Shown: positions 56,772-64,000 of the stretch, one piece after another | How positions within the stretch are numbered: the stretch's first letter is position 1 | Layout: each line of letters starts with the position of its first letter | Position numbers and translations under genes: made by a program | The notes under the pieces: generated by a model | The model's database searches: none | What the model saw: only the letters and a program-made list of their open reading frames with translations | What the model was told of the DNA's origin: nothing | Assembly: GCA_963828195.1 (NCBI GenBank) | Contig: CAWHDT010000005.1 | Location: forward strand, 890,116 to 954,115 | Length of the DNA: 64,000 bases | DNA from: Candidatus Bathyarchaeota archaeon | GTDB lineage: Archaea > Thermoproteota > Bathyarchaeia > Bathyarchaeales > Bathycorpusculaceae | Direction: 5' to 3'

Positions 56772-57662
56772 ATGAAAACAGCATATAAATTAGCTATACT
56801 TTTTGTTGGCTCGCTAATGTTCTTAGCAGCTTTTAGCTCAGCGTTTGCTCTTCCTGGTTCTATGACTATGCCGGCAATGGTTCAATTGAGCTATAGTAAC
56901 AGCAATTGGTACAGTTCAAACTGGAGTGGATACGCAGTAAATGCTTCGGCTGGCTCGGTGACCTCTGCTAGCGGATCATGGATTGTTCCCACAGTAAGTG
57001 GAGGCACGGGTACCGCATACGCTGCGTTCTGGACAGGTATTGACGGCTTTAGCTCAAGCACAGTTGAACAAATAGGCACTATAGCGCAAAGTAGCAGTAG
57101 CTTCAGCTTTAGAGGATCAAAAACAACCGTAGCTTACTACGCTTGGTACGAGTTCTACCCTCTCGAGTCAATTCAAACAATAACCACAGCAACCACACCA
57201 ACAGGAACTCCGGCCACAGTAATGCCCGGCGACATAATCTCTGCAGCGGTGACTTACGTATCTGGCACCACATTTACCCTGACTATTAATGACAAGACTC
57301 GAGGATGGACCTTTACCACGATGGGAAGCCAACCAGGCGCAACTGAGTCTTCAGCAGAGTGGATTGCGGAGGCACCCTCGTCAAATATGGGAGTATTGCC
57401 ACTGGCAAACTTTGGTCACGTTAACTTTGGAAAAGACTACACGTCTACTGCAATGACTTGCTTTGCTACGGTCAACAGTGTTTCCGGCGGCATTGGTTCC
57501 TTTTTACATGGAAGTTCTGTTGCAAGCTCTACTGAAGTTCAATCGTTAACAATGGCCACTGAGATGGGCTTCGGCAGAAACGTCATCATTGTTCCTGAAG
57601 CTACGCCATCAGCACTATCATCAGACGGAACTAGCTTTTCAATTACGTGGGACAGAGCTTAA
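56772..57662 (+). CDS. Secreted glutamic peptidase, family G1 (eqolisin)
   Basis: Signal peptide; SSNWSGY, WTGIDG, VEQIGT (catalytic Q), YAWYE, SAEWIAEAP (catalytic E). Confidence 0.9.
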   Translation: MKTAYKLAILFVGSLMFLAAFSSAFALPGSMTMPAMVQLSYSNSNWYSSNWSGYAVNASAGSVTSASGSWIVPTVSGGTGTAYAAFWTGIDGFSSSTVEQIGTIAQSSSSFSFRGSKTTVAYYAWYEFYPLESIQTITTATTPTGTPATVMPGDIISAAVTYVSGTTFTLTINDKTRGWTFTTMGSQPGATESSAEWIAEAPSSNMGVLPLANFGHVNFGKDYTSTAMTCFATVNSVSGGIGSFLHGSSVASSTEVQSLTMATEMGFGRNVIIVPEATPSALSSDGTSFSITWDRA

Positions 57663-57839
57663 GGCTAATCGCTAAGAATTAGCGAGCTAACCCCTTCTTT
57701 TTTTGCAAGCATTGATCGAATCTTCATTCATTATTCAAAATCTTCTTTTTTGACAATTGTCCTTTTAATCTCTAATTATCGAGTAATTATTTTAGCTTTT
57801 TAATTTTTTACTAAACAATGATTAAGTAAAATTAATAAG

Positions 57840-57868
57840 TTATGAACAATTCATAACCACACTTAAAT
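57840..57868 (+). promoter_or_regulatory. Island box 6 (perfect palindrome) plus TATA
   Basis: TTATGAA-CAA-TTCATAA at 57840; CTTAAAT at 57862. Confidence 0.75.
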
Positions 57869-57944
57869 TATCGGCAGACCTCAATCTTTACTGAGGAACA
57901 TACATGTGCTCCTTTAAACTTCGGAAAATGGGTCGCGCATTAAG

Positions 57945-58238
57945 TTGAACCAATTCTTAGCCTCCGTGAATATTTTCGTTGACCAATCTCAGAAAAACAA
58001 CGTACTAAACGAGCTCTCAAAGCTTCAAAATGCCAAAGAAGTCTACGAGGTAGCAGGAGAATACGATATAGTTTCGCTTATCTCCGCGCCTACCCTTGAG
58101 GAGTTTCGAGATGTCTTGCAGAAACGGGTTATGAAAATTAAGGGAGTAAAAAGCACCATAACCACCGTGATCCTTTGTCGTCATGAAGAGATTATTGTTA
58201 AGGAAGCGAAAAACGATGCCGGTCGCCGCTTGACCTAA
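57945..58238 (+). CDS. Stand-alone Lrp/AsnC RAM domain protein
   Basis: EVYEVAGEYDIVSL...EEFRDVL...IKGVKST; paralog of 50662 and 55504. Confidence 0.88.
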   Translation: MNQFLASVNIFVDQSQKNNVLNELSKLQNAKEVYEVAGEYDIVSLISAPTLEEFRDVLQKRVMKIKGVKSTITTVILCRHEEIIVKEAKNDAGRRLT

Positions 58239-58253
58239 TAGGGAAGGAAAAGC

Positions 58254-58412
58254 ATGCATAAATGTCCAAAGTGCGGCACTGAAATGGAGTCAAAGGGTGA
58301 AATTGAGGAGTCAGGCCAGCCTCAAAGTACTTTTTTCCAGTGCCCCAAATGTAAAAACATTGAGCTAAAAGCAAAGCACTTCAACAATTGGTTCCGTCTA
58401 GACTACCCTTAA
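58254..58412 (+). CDS. 52-aa CPxCG-type zinc-ribbon protein
   Basis: MHKCPKCGTEM...FFQCPKCKNIE; hand-translated. Confidence 0.7.
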   Translation: MHKCPKCGTEMESKGEIEESGQPQSTFFQCPKCKNIELKAKHFNNWFRLDYP

Positions 58413-58648
58413 CTAAGCTATTGTGGGCGTCCACTTGGATTTGAACTCGGATCTGCCGTGAAATTGCTTGCTGCATCATCCAAGCTTCGAGAAAGGGACT
58501 CGCGAGTGATGCAGTCTATCGTGAGCTAATTAGTTGAGAAAAGAAACAACGTAGAGGAAAATATCCGTTTTACAGGCTGGCGAGTAAGTGATAAACTTTT
58601 CAGGAAGCTAGCGTATGTTTACAATGTTCAAAACCCAAACTATGGAGG

Positions 58649-59266
58649 ATGTACAGTATTCCTATTTACGCCGACTTCCACAATCACACAACTTTCTCAG
58701 CTGACTCCACAACTCCGCCTAAGGTCCTAGTGGAATCCCTTAAAGCCCACCCCTATGTAAAAGCAGCCGCAGTAACCGACCATGACACGATAGCAGGCTT
58801 AAAGGAAATCCGAGAACTCGCGGCACCCTACCCAGACATCCTAATCATTCCAGGAGTAGAAATCGCCACGCGACAGGGAGACGTCTTGGTTTTGGGGGCG
58901 CAGGAGTTGCCGCCTAAGCCTTGGGATATCGAAGATATTGTAGACTTCGCTCGGGCAACGGGCTGCGTTACTGTCGCGGCGCATCCGTTTCGGCAGTTCG
59001 GTTTAGGCGATGAAGTTGCGGACAGCGGTGTGGATGCAGTCGAAGTCTACAATGGCGTGTCCTCGGGGTTGGCTAACAAGAGGGCATTGGACGTTGCCAG
59101 AAAGCTGAGGTTACCTGGAGTTTCAGGGAGCGATTCGCATCAGCCTTCAGAACTGTTTTCTGTGTGCACTCAAGTCCAAGCCTCGCTAAAGGTTGATGAA
59201 ATCTTGGATGCTGTAAGGAAGGGACATGTTTCAGCGTTGCCTGCCGGGAAGCCGGTGCGTTTTTAA
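58649..59266 (+). CDS. PHP-domain phosphoesterase
   Basis: DFHNHT..SAD, VTDHD, PGVEI, AHPFR, EVYNG, GSDSH. Confidence 0.9.
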   Translation: MYSIPIYADFHNHTTFSADSTTPPKVLVESLKAHPYVKAAAVTDHDTIAGLKEIRELAAPYPDILIIPGVEIATRQGDVLVLGAQELPPKPWDIEDIVDFARATGCVTVAAHPFRQFGLGDEVADSGVDAVEVYNGVSSGLANKRALDVARKLRLPGVSGSDSHQPSELFSVCTQVQASLKVDEILDAVRKGHVSALPAGKPVRF

Positions 59267-59309
59267 CGACGCCCCACGTTTGATTTGCTTAAGATACAAA
59301 AAATTAAGT

Positions 59310-59357
59310 TATCTTTTCATATTTTTTTATTATCTTTCTGTATCTTTTTATATCTTT
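59310..59357. repeat. Five TATCTTT-like heptamers at about 10-bp period
   Basis: Starts at 59310, 59320 (TATTTTT), 59331, 59341, 59351. Confidence 0.5.
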
Positions 59358-59496
59358 TAAAACCTTTTTACACCATAACCAGCAATAGATTCAAAACCTA
59401 AACTAAAAAAGCAACCCAAAACATGCTTTTCCTGAACGAGAAGAGATAGCCTATTTTTTGTATAACAAAAATGGCAAAAGAAGCAAAATAGGCTTG

Positions 59497-59514
59497 TGGT
59501 GGGGCCGCTGGGTT
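59497..59514 (-). mobile_element. att site: 3' fragment of a tRNA (tRNA-Pro-like)
   Basis: Minus strand AACCCAGCGGCCCCACCA, matching the T-stem/acceptor/CCA end typical of archaeal tRNA-Pro; about 45 nt past the integrase stop. Confidence 0.7.
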
Positions 59515-59558
59515 CCAGTCGTGCACACGTTAAAAGGTACCACATCTTTAGCGTTATT

Positions 59559-60995
59559 TTAGGTAACCTCCTTGCGGATAAGCTCTTTAAGTTGCTCAGC
59601 AAGTAATGATAGCTGATGATTCTGGGTCTGGTCTGATGCTTCGGTTATGTTTCCTCTAAACATTGCGTCTTTGGTAAGTATTTCTTCTGGGTTTCCGCCC
59701 CATGAGCGTATGATCTCCTTTAGCTGGTCAATGCGGTTTACTTCGGTTTTTGATCTTATTGCTATCCCAGAGGTTGAGTAGAGATTTCTTAGAGTCTCGA
59801 TTCCTAAGCTTTGGACATCGGTGTATGTGTCGATAGTGTGTCCCATCATGTATTCAACTAATTCGGGGTCAATCTTTGCGATGCTCATTTGGCTTCGGAA
59901 GAATTTGCGTAGGCTATGAACTCTTACGCTATACATCCAGCTGTTAGGTAGTTTCTGTGCGATTTTTTCGCCGACTACAAGTTCGTGTATTATGTCTCGT
60001 ACGGCTTTTTCGGTAACGCCTAAGACCTTGTCTGCTATGCGGCTGTTACGGATAAGTGGGGATTCGTCTGTTAGCTGCTCGGGCGGGAAATACCTGTTGC
60101 CTCGTTTTCTTTCTCCGATGTAGCTTTTTAGTAGGCTGCAAGCTTCAGCGCCAAGGAACGTATCGTAGTCGTGGTATTTGCCCTTGGTTATTTCTGCTTC
60201 GACATGAACATGGATAGGTATGCGATTTGCTTCTAAGTCCTCGCGCACGTGACGGTATTTGAGTTTTACAAAGGTTCCTATACGGAATCCGCCTGTAGCT
60301 ATGGCTGCGATGATGAAGGCTTCTCGGGTGGCGGAATTATCAAGCATTGTGGCTATTTCTTGGGGTTTTGGCGCTCTGTCTTTGTAGGTTACTTTGCGTT
60401 TTAATGGTTCGTCGAGTTCAACTTTTTTGACGCCATTTGCTCGGTAAAAGGTTTTTACTGCTTTAATGCGGTTGCATACAGCATTGGGTGCTAGACCTGC
60501 ATCTTGAACTTCTGCTAGATAATCGAGTAGAAAGCCGCAGTGAACTTGAACGCGTTGCGGGTCAGGTATGGCACCAGCGGGTTTAACGTCAGCTATTATT
60601 GTGTCGGGGCTGTGTCCTAGCCACTCAGCGTATTTTTTTAATTTTGTTGAGTACATAAGGCAGCTAGCTTTTGAGGCTGAACAGTGGCGCAGAAAATGTC
60701 TTGCCATTTTTTGCATGCTTTCATATTCGAAAATATAGGGAATTATGCCTGGTTGATGCTCGATACAGCTGCGTACGATGTAGTCGACGAGTCCTTTCTC
60801 TTGGGCGGCTAAGATTTTTTCGAGTTTTATAGTTACTGGTTTTCGTAGACGGTAGCCGTTTAAGCTTTTTTCGATGGCAACGGTGTCGCCTTGGATTATC
60901 AGCGGTAGGTTGAGGCTTTTTAGTTCTTCAACAGAAAGTTTATGGTTTCGGGTTATAGGAGAGGTTACGGTAGCTTTCGCTATAGATATGGTCAA
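59559..60995 (-). CDS. int: Tyrosine recombinase/integrase (intact, not split)
   Basis: GGFRIG (R), ITKGK (K), HSLRKFF (HxxR), MMGH, DTY (Y). Confidence 0.92.
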   Translation of the reverse strand: MTISIAKATVTSPITRNHKLSVEELKSLNLPLIIQGDTVAIEKSLNGYRLRKPVTIKLEKILAAQEKGLVDYIVRSCIEHQPGIIPYIFEYESMQKMARHFLRHCSASKASCLMYSTKLKKYAEWLGHSPDTIIADVKPAGAIPDPQRVQVHCGFLLDYLAEVQDAGLAPNAVCNRIKAVKTFYRANGVKKVELDEPLKRKVTYKDRAPKPQEIATMLDNSATREAFIIAAIATGGFRIGTFVKLKYRHVREDLEANRIPIHVHVEAEITKGKYHDYDTFLGAEACSLLKSYIGERKRGNRYFPPEQLTDESPLIRNSRIADKVLGVTEKAVRDIIHELVVGEKIAQKLPNSWMYSVRVHSLRKFFRSQMSIAKIDPELVEYMMGHTIDTYTDVQSLGIETLRNLYSTSGIAIRSKTEVNRIDQLKEIIRSWGGNPEEILTKDAMFRGNITEASDQTQNHQLSLLAEQLKELIRKEVT

Positions 60996-61462
60996 AGTTG
61001 TTTTTTCTCCTTCGCTGTTTTTCCCGGAGTATTTGTGACTCCGTGAGTTTTTCGCTCCGATGGTCGGAACGCATACTCATCATTAACTGTAGGCTTTGCT
61101 GAATTTAAAACCCATTTTAAATTATTTTGTAATAGAAGAGGAGTTGCTTCCACGATACAGTTTTTCAAAATAATAAGCCCATTAACATTCTTGTCACGAC
61201 TTGGAATAGCCCGATCATTCTCAAGAAGTAACAACTCGCCGGTTTCCCCTTTTACCCAGCCAACAGTCTCACGCTCTATCGCTTCAGCTTTGGGACTTTG
61301 CATATTTTTAAAAAACACATGATCTTTGTATCGAACATAGACGAGTGGGCATAGGGGGCTGGCGACGTCGGACATGGTAGCATCCGACTTACAGTTATTT
61401 GAACCGGCTTTGGTGCCAAATATGCAATCTGGGGTAGATGCATTATCCGTAAGCTCAGCCAT
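60992..61462 (-). CDS. Hypothetical MGE protein (small beta domain)
   Basis: VYVRYKDH...ETVGWV...LIILKNCI; overlaps integrase start. Confidence 0.65.
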   Translation of the reverse strand: MAELTDNASTPDCIFGTKAGSNNCKSDATMSDVASPLCPLVYVRYKDHVFFKNMQSPKAEAIERETVGWVKGETGELLLLENDRAIPSRDKNVNGLIILKNCIVEATPLLLQNNLKWVLNSAKPTVNDEYAFRPSERKTHGVTNTPGKTAKEKKQL

Positions 61463-61500
61463 TCCCTCCCACCTTTCAATAACTCATCTTTTTCCCGAAG

Positions 61501-61740
61501 TTAATTTACGGATTTAAGTTTGACCTTTTTGAGATCTTCGCGTTTGACTAGTTCCCAAGGAACATGAGCGACTAGTCCGCAGCCCTTATAGCGGTAGAAA
61601 AATTCAATTTCGCAGTGTTCTGAAGGAATTAAGCAGGGTTTGTACATTTTTACGTAACATGCGCATGCGTCGCCTAGGCAATCGCTGTTTTCCTGCTGTG
61701 GATTAGCAGCGGCAAAAGGGCAAACTTTAGGATTTTCCAT
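61501..61740 (-). CDS. Cys-rich hypothetical protein
   Basis: CPF...CLGDACACY...CGL; GGAGG RBS. Confidence 0.65.
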   Translation of the reverse strand: MENPKVCPFAAANPQQENSDCLGDACACYVKMYKPCLIPSEHCEIEFFYRYKGCGLVAHVPWELVKREDLKKVKLKSVN

Positions 61741-61979
61741 TAGCTTACGCCTCCGCTCGCCCCTTTGCTAAAGTCTTCAAATTCCGTCTTGTGAATCATA
61801 AACACTGGTGCATGATACTTGTGCGGGTCACCGGGTCGTCTTTCAGTTTTAGGAACCTTGTGGTCGCGAGGGCATTGCAAAAATATGTTGCGCTCTGTCT
61901 CGTAGACTTTTTCGGTTTTACCTGAGCAAAGCGTGCATCTAAAATTCTTGCTTTTCAAAGCCGCTATGCCTCGCGACAT
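61740..61979 (-). CDS. Zn-finger-like hypothetical protein
   Basis: CTLC...CPRDH; translationally coupled on both sides. Confidence 0.6.
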   Translation of the reverse strand: MSRGIAALKSKNFRCTLCSGKTEKVYETERNIFLQCPRDHKVPKTERRPGDPHKYHAPVFMIHKTEFEDFSKGASGGVS

Positions 61980-62134
61980 ATTGTTTTTTGGTATTTTTCG
62001 GATAGTCTTCTTAAGCCATCTTTTATGGCTTCAGTTCTGCTTGAGTAGCCATGCGCTCCAACTAAGGGATCTAAGATTTCATCGACCAAGGTTTTTGGCA
62101 GCTTTACTGTTACGTACACTTCTTTCTTGCCCAT
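61964..62134 (-). CDS. 56-aa ribbon-helix-helix (CopG-like) regulator
   Basis: MGKKEVYVTVKLPKTLVDEILDPLVGAHGYSSRTEAIKDGLRRL; AGGTGA RBS; missed by ORF track. Confidence 0.85.
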   Translation of the reverse strand: MGKKEVYVTVKLPKTLVDEILDPLVGAHGYSSRTEAIKDGLRRLSEKYQKTICREA

Positions 62135-62255
62135 TTAATCACCTATTAATAATAGCATAATAAAAGGGGTTCCACTTAAGCGTTTATTGCAATCTATTAG
62201 TAATATATTGCCACCAAGCGAGTAATTTATTAACAGGAATTGTTAAATAATAACC

Positions 62256-62273
62256 TTAGTAATGCATTACTAA
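62256..62273. promoter_or_regulatory. Perfect 18-bp palindromic operator between divergent RHH genes
   Basis: TTAGTAATGCATTACTAA; also TTAACA-N5-TGTTAA at 62230-62246. Confidence 0.6.
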
Positions 62274-62280
62274 TCAAATC

Positions 62281-62685
62281 GTGATTGAGTTGCCAAAGAG
62301 AATAGAGAAAGACCCCATAGAAGGAAACTACACAACAATCAAGCTGCCAAACGATATAGTTGTTGAAATGGACAAGTTAATCGGCAAACACGGATTCAAA
62401 AGCAGATCCGAAATAATAAAAGACGCCCTAAGAGAACTTTTAAGCCAGTACAAAATGGCAGAAATGCCGCGCTTCGAACACTACAACATCGACGCAGACG
62501 GCGCAAGAATAACAGACCGCAAACTCCACATGATAGCAGACATCTACTTCAAACCAGAAGGGATATTCTGCGACTTAGACAAAAGCAACGACTGCGAACA
62601 CATCGACTTTGCCCTAACAGTCCCAGCAATCCAAGAAATAATCAGAAAAAAAATAAAAGAAGGATGGAAACTGCCCGACGTTTAA
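62281..62685 (+). CDS. RHH regulator with C-terminal SWIM-like metal-binding domain
   Basis: YTTIKLPNDIVVEMDKLIGKHGFKSRSEIIKDALRELL; CDLD....CEH. Confidence 0.82.
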   Translation: MIELPKRIEKDPIEGNYTTIKLPNDIVVEMDKLIGKHGFKSRSEIIKDALRELLSQYKMAEMPRFEHYNIDADGARITDRKLHMIADIYFKPEGIFCDLDKSNDCEHIDFALTVPAIQEIIRKKIKEGWKLPDV

Positions 62686-62796
62686 CAGCCACTCTGAGCC
62701 AAAAATCTCAAGAGCATGCGTTACAAGTCAGGATGTCTCTTAAGCAGCCAGGTCTTTTTACGCTCATGCCCCGCGTAAGTGAACCGACAGCTTGAT

Positions 62797-64000
62797 TTAG
62801 CGGCTGCCTTTTTTCGCAGCTTTTTCTTCCTCTGTTACTTCCTCTATGCCGTTCTCAGTTATCTTGTAGATTTCTTCACCCTCCGGCAGATACGGGCTTG
62901 AAACTAGTCTCGCAATCCGTGTCGATCCACTTTTCGGCTTACGCAGGTAAACCCGCGTTTGACTTGTGTGGCCTACAATGTTTCCGCCGATCGGATGTAT
63001 AGCGTCGCCGAAGAACTGGTCCGGTTTAGCCATAACCTGATTCGTTACGACCGCCACGCAGTTAAACGCTCTTGCTAAGGAGATGAGTTTGTGCATGTGC
63101 TTGTTTAGTTTCTGCTGTCTTGGGGCTAACATTTCTCTGCCCAGGTACTCATTTCTGAAGTGCGCGGTGAGAGAGTCCACGATTATTAGTTTTATGTTGT
63201 TTTTCTTGATAATTTCATCGGCGTTTTCTAAGAGAAACATTTGATGATCAGAAGTGTAAGCCTCAGCGTAAATGATGTTTTTAGCTACTTGCTGAGGATC
63301 CAGACCTAAATGCTCTGCTATCTGCACTATACGTTCGAGCCTGAAGGTTGTCTCAGTGTCGAGGTAGAGTGCGCCGCCGCCTAAGCCGCCGCGTTCAGCA
63401 GGCAACTGCACATTTACGCATAGTTGATGGCACACCTGGCTTTTGCCGCTATCACATTCGCCATAGAACTCCGTGATGGTTTGTGTTTCTAAGCCGCCAG
63501 CCAAAAGGTTATCTAAAGCTTTGATGCCGCTGGTCAAACGCTGAACAGCCTGTCTTCTCTTGAAAAGTTCATCAGCCCTCACAAAGGAAAGACCCATCGT
63601 GGAACGTGCTGCACTAATTATTTGAAAAGCCTTCTTCTCGCTTACTCCAACCGGCTCAAGTTCTCGTATCGTGGCCATCGCTAACGATTCAACCGTGTGA
63701 TAGCCGAGTTCCTGGAGTTTCTGCGCAGTGGCTGGACCAACACCCGGAAGGTCTTCAATAAACTGGTATTGGCTCTTGGGCGACTCAGTTTCTTCTTCAG
63801 GTTCCTCTTCGATCAATTCTGGCTCTGCTATTTCTGGTTCGGGTTCAGCTGCTTTGTTTATGGCAGGTTCTTTTGGTTCTAACTTCTTTTCTTTCTTCTC
63901 TGGTGCAGTTTCTTCTTCATGTTTTTCTTCTGTTAATTCTTCTACTACTTCTGGTTCTTTTGGTTCATCTTGTTTGACTGCTTCAACTGCTGGTTCAACG
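62797..64000 (-). CDS. radA: RadA recombinase with long acidic N-terminal extension (5' end outside window)
   Basis: IEDLPGVGPATA HhH, EFYGECDSGKSQ, IVDSL, RQQKLN, TNQV, GGNIVGH; frame stays open and E/P/K-rich to the window end. Confidence 0.9.
   Translation of the reverse strand, partial: VEPAVEAVKQDEPKEPEVVEELTEEKHEEETAPEKKEKKLEPKEPAINKAAEPEPEIAEPELIEEEPEEETESPKSQYQFIEDLPGVGPATAQKLQELGYHTVESLAMATIRELEPVGVSEKKAFQIISAARSTMGLSFVRADELFKRRQAVQRLTSGIKALDNLLAGGLETQTITEFYGECDSGKSQVCHQLCVNVQLPAERGGLGGGALYLDTETTFRLERIVQIAEHLGLDPQQVAKNIIYAEAYTSDHQMFLLENADEIIKKNNIKLIIVDSLTAHFRNEYLGREMLAPRQQKLNKHMHKLISLARAFNCVAVVTNQVMAKPDQFFGDAIHPIGGNIVGHTSQTRVYLRKPKSGSTRIARLVSSPYLPEGEEIYKITENGIEEVTEEEKAAKKGSR

Larger units (their letters stand above)
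59497..64000. mobile_element. Left end of an integrated element (provirus/plasmid-like); right boundary not in window
   Basis: att fragment, integrase, small Cys-rich ORFs and divergent RHH regulators. Confidence 0.65.

Overview
Archaeal chromosome segment, most consistent with Bathyarchaeia (archaeal information-processing genes, frequent TTG/GTG starts, PQQ/NosD-type and VPEL-CTERM surface proteins); the taxon is an inference. Core blocks: ABCE1, top6B/top6A, aIF5B, the eno-rps2-MEMO1 ... mvk-AMPD-PMDh(L/S) ... ipk-fni-GGPPS-gltX superoperon (modified archaeal mevalonate pathway), srp19, rps8e and smc-scpA-scpB. Accessory blocks: a secreted GH5 with a long Pro/Thr linker; VapBC and MNT-HEPN toxin-antitoxin pairs; an AT-rich putative defence operon (NucS-like nuclease fused to AbiEi, then AbiEii, then HNH); a variant fluoride riboswitch with crcB-DUF190-HAD; a potassium island (about 47.3-58.4 kb); and the left end of a tRNA-Pro-targeting integrated element (att fragment, tyrosine integrase, divergent paralogous RHH regulators) next to a RadA with a long acidic N-terminus. 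The best candidate for an undescribed system is the potassium island. It has kdpABC without kdpDE in this window, four HTH-less Lrp/AsnC (RAM) proteins, an APC transporter and several unannotated microproteins. Six of its promoters carry the same 17-bp box (TTATGAA-N3-WTCAYAA) starting exactly 22 nt before the TATA box. Three single-base frameshifts cluster at 14.4-19.3 kb and may be assembly errors.
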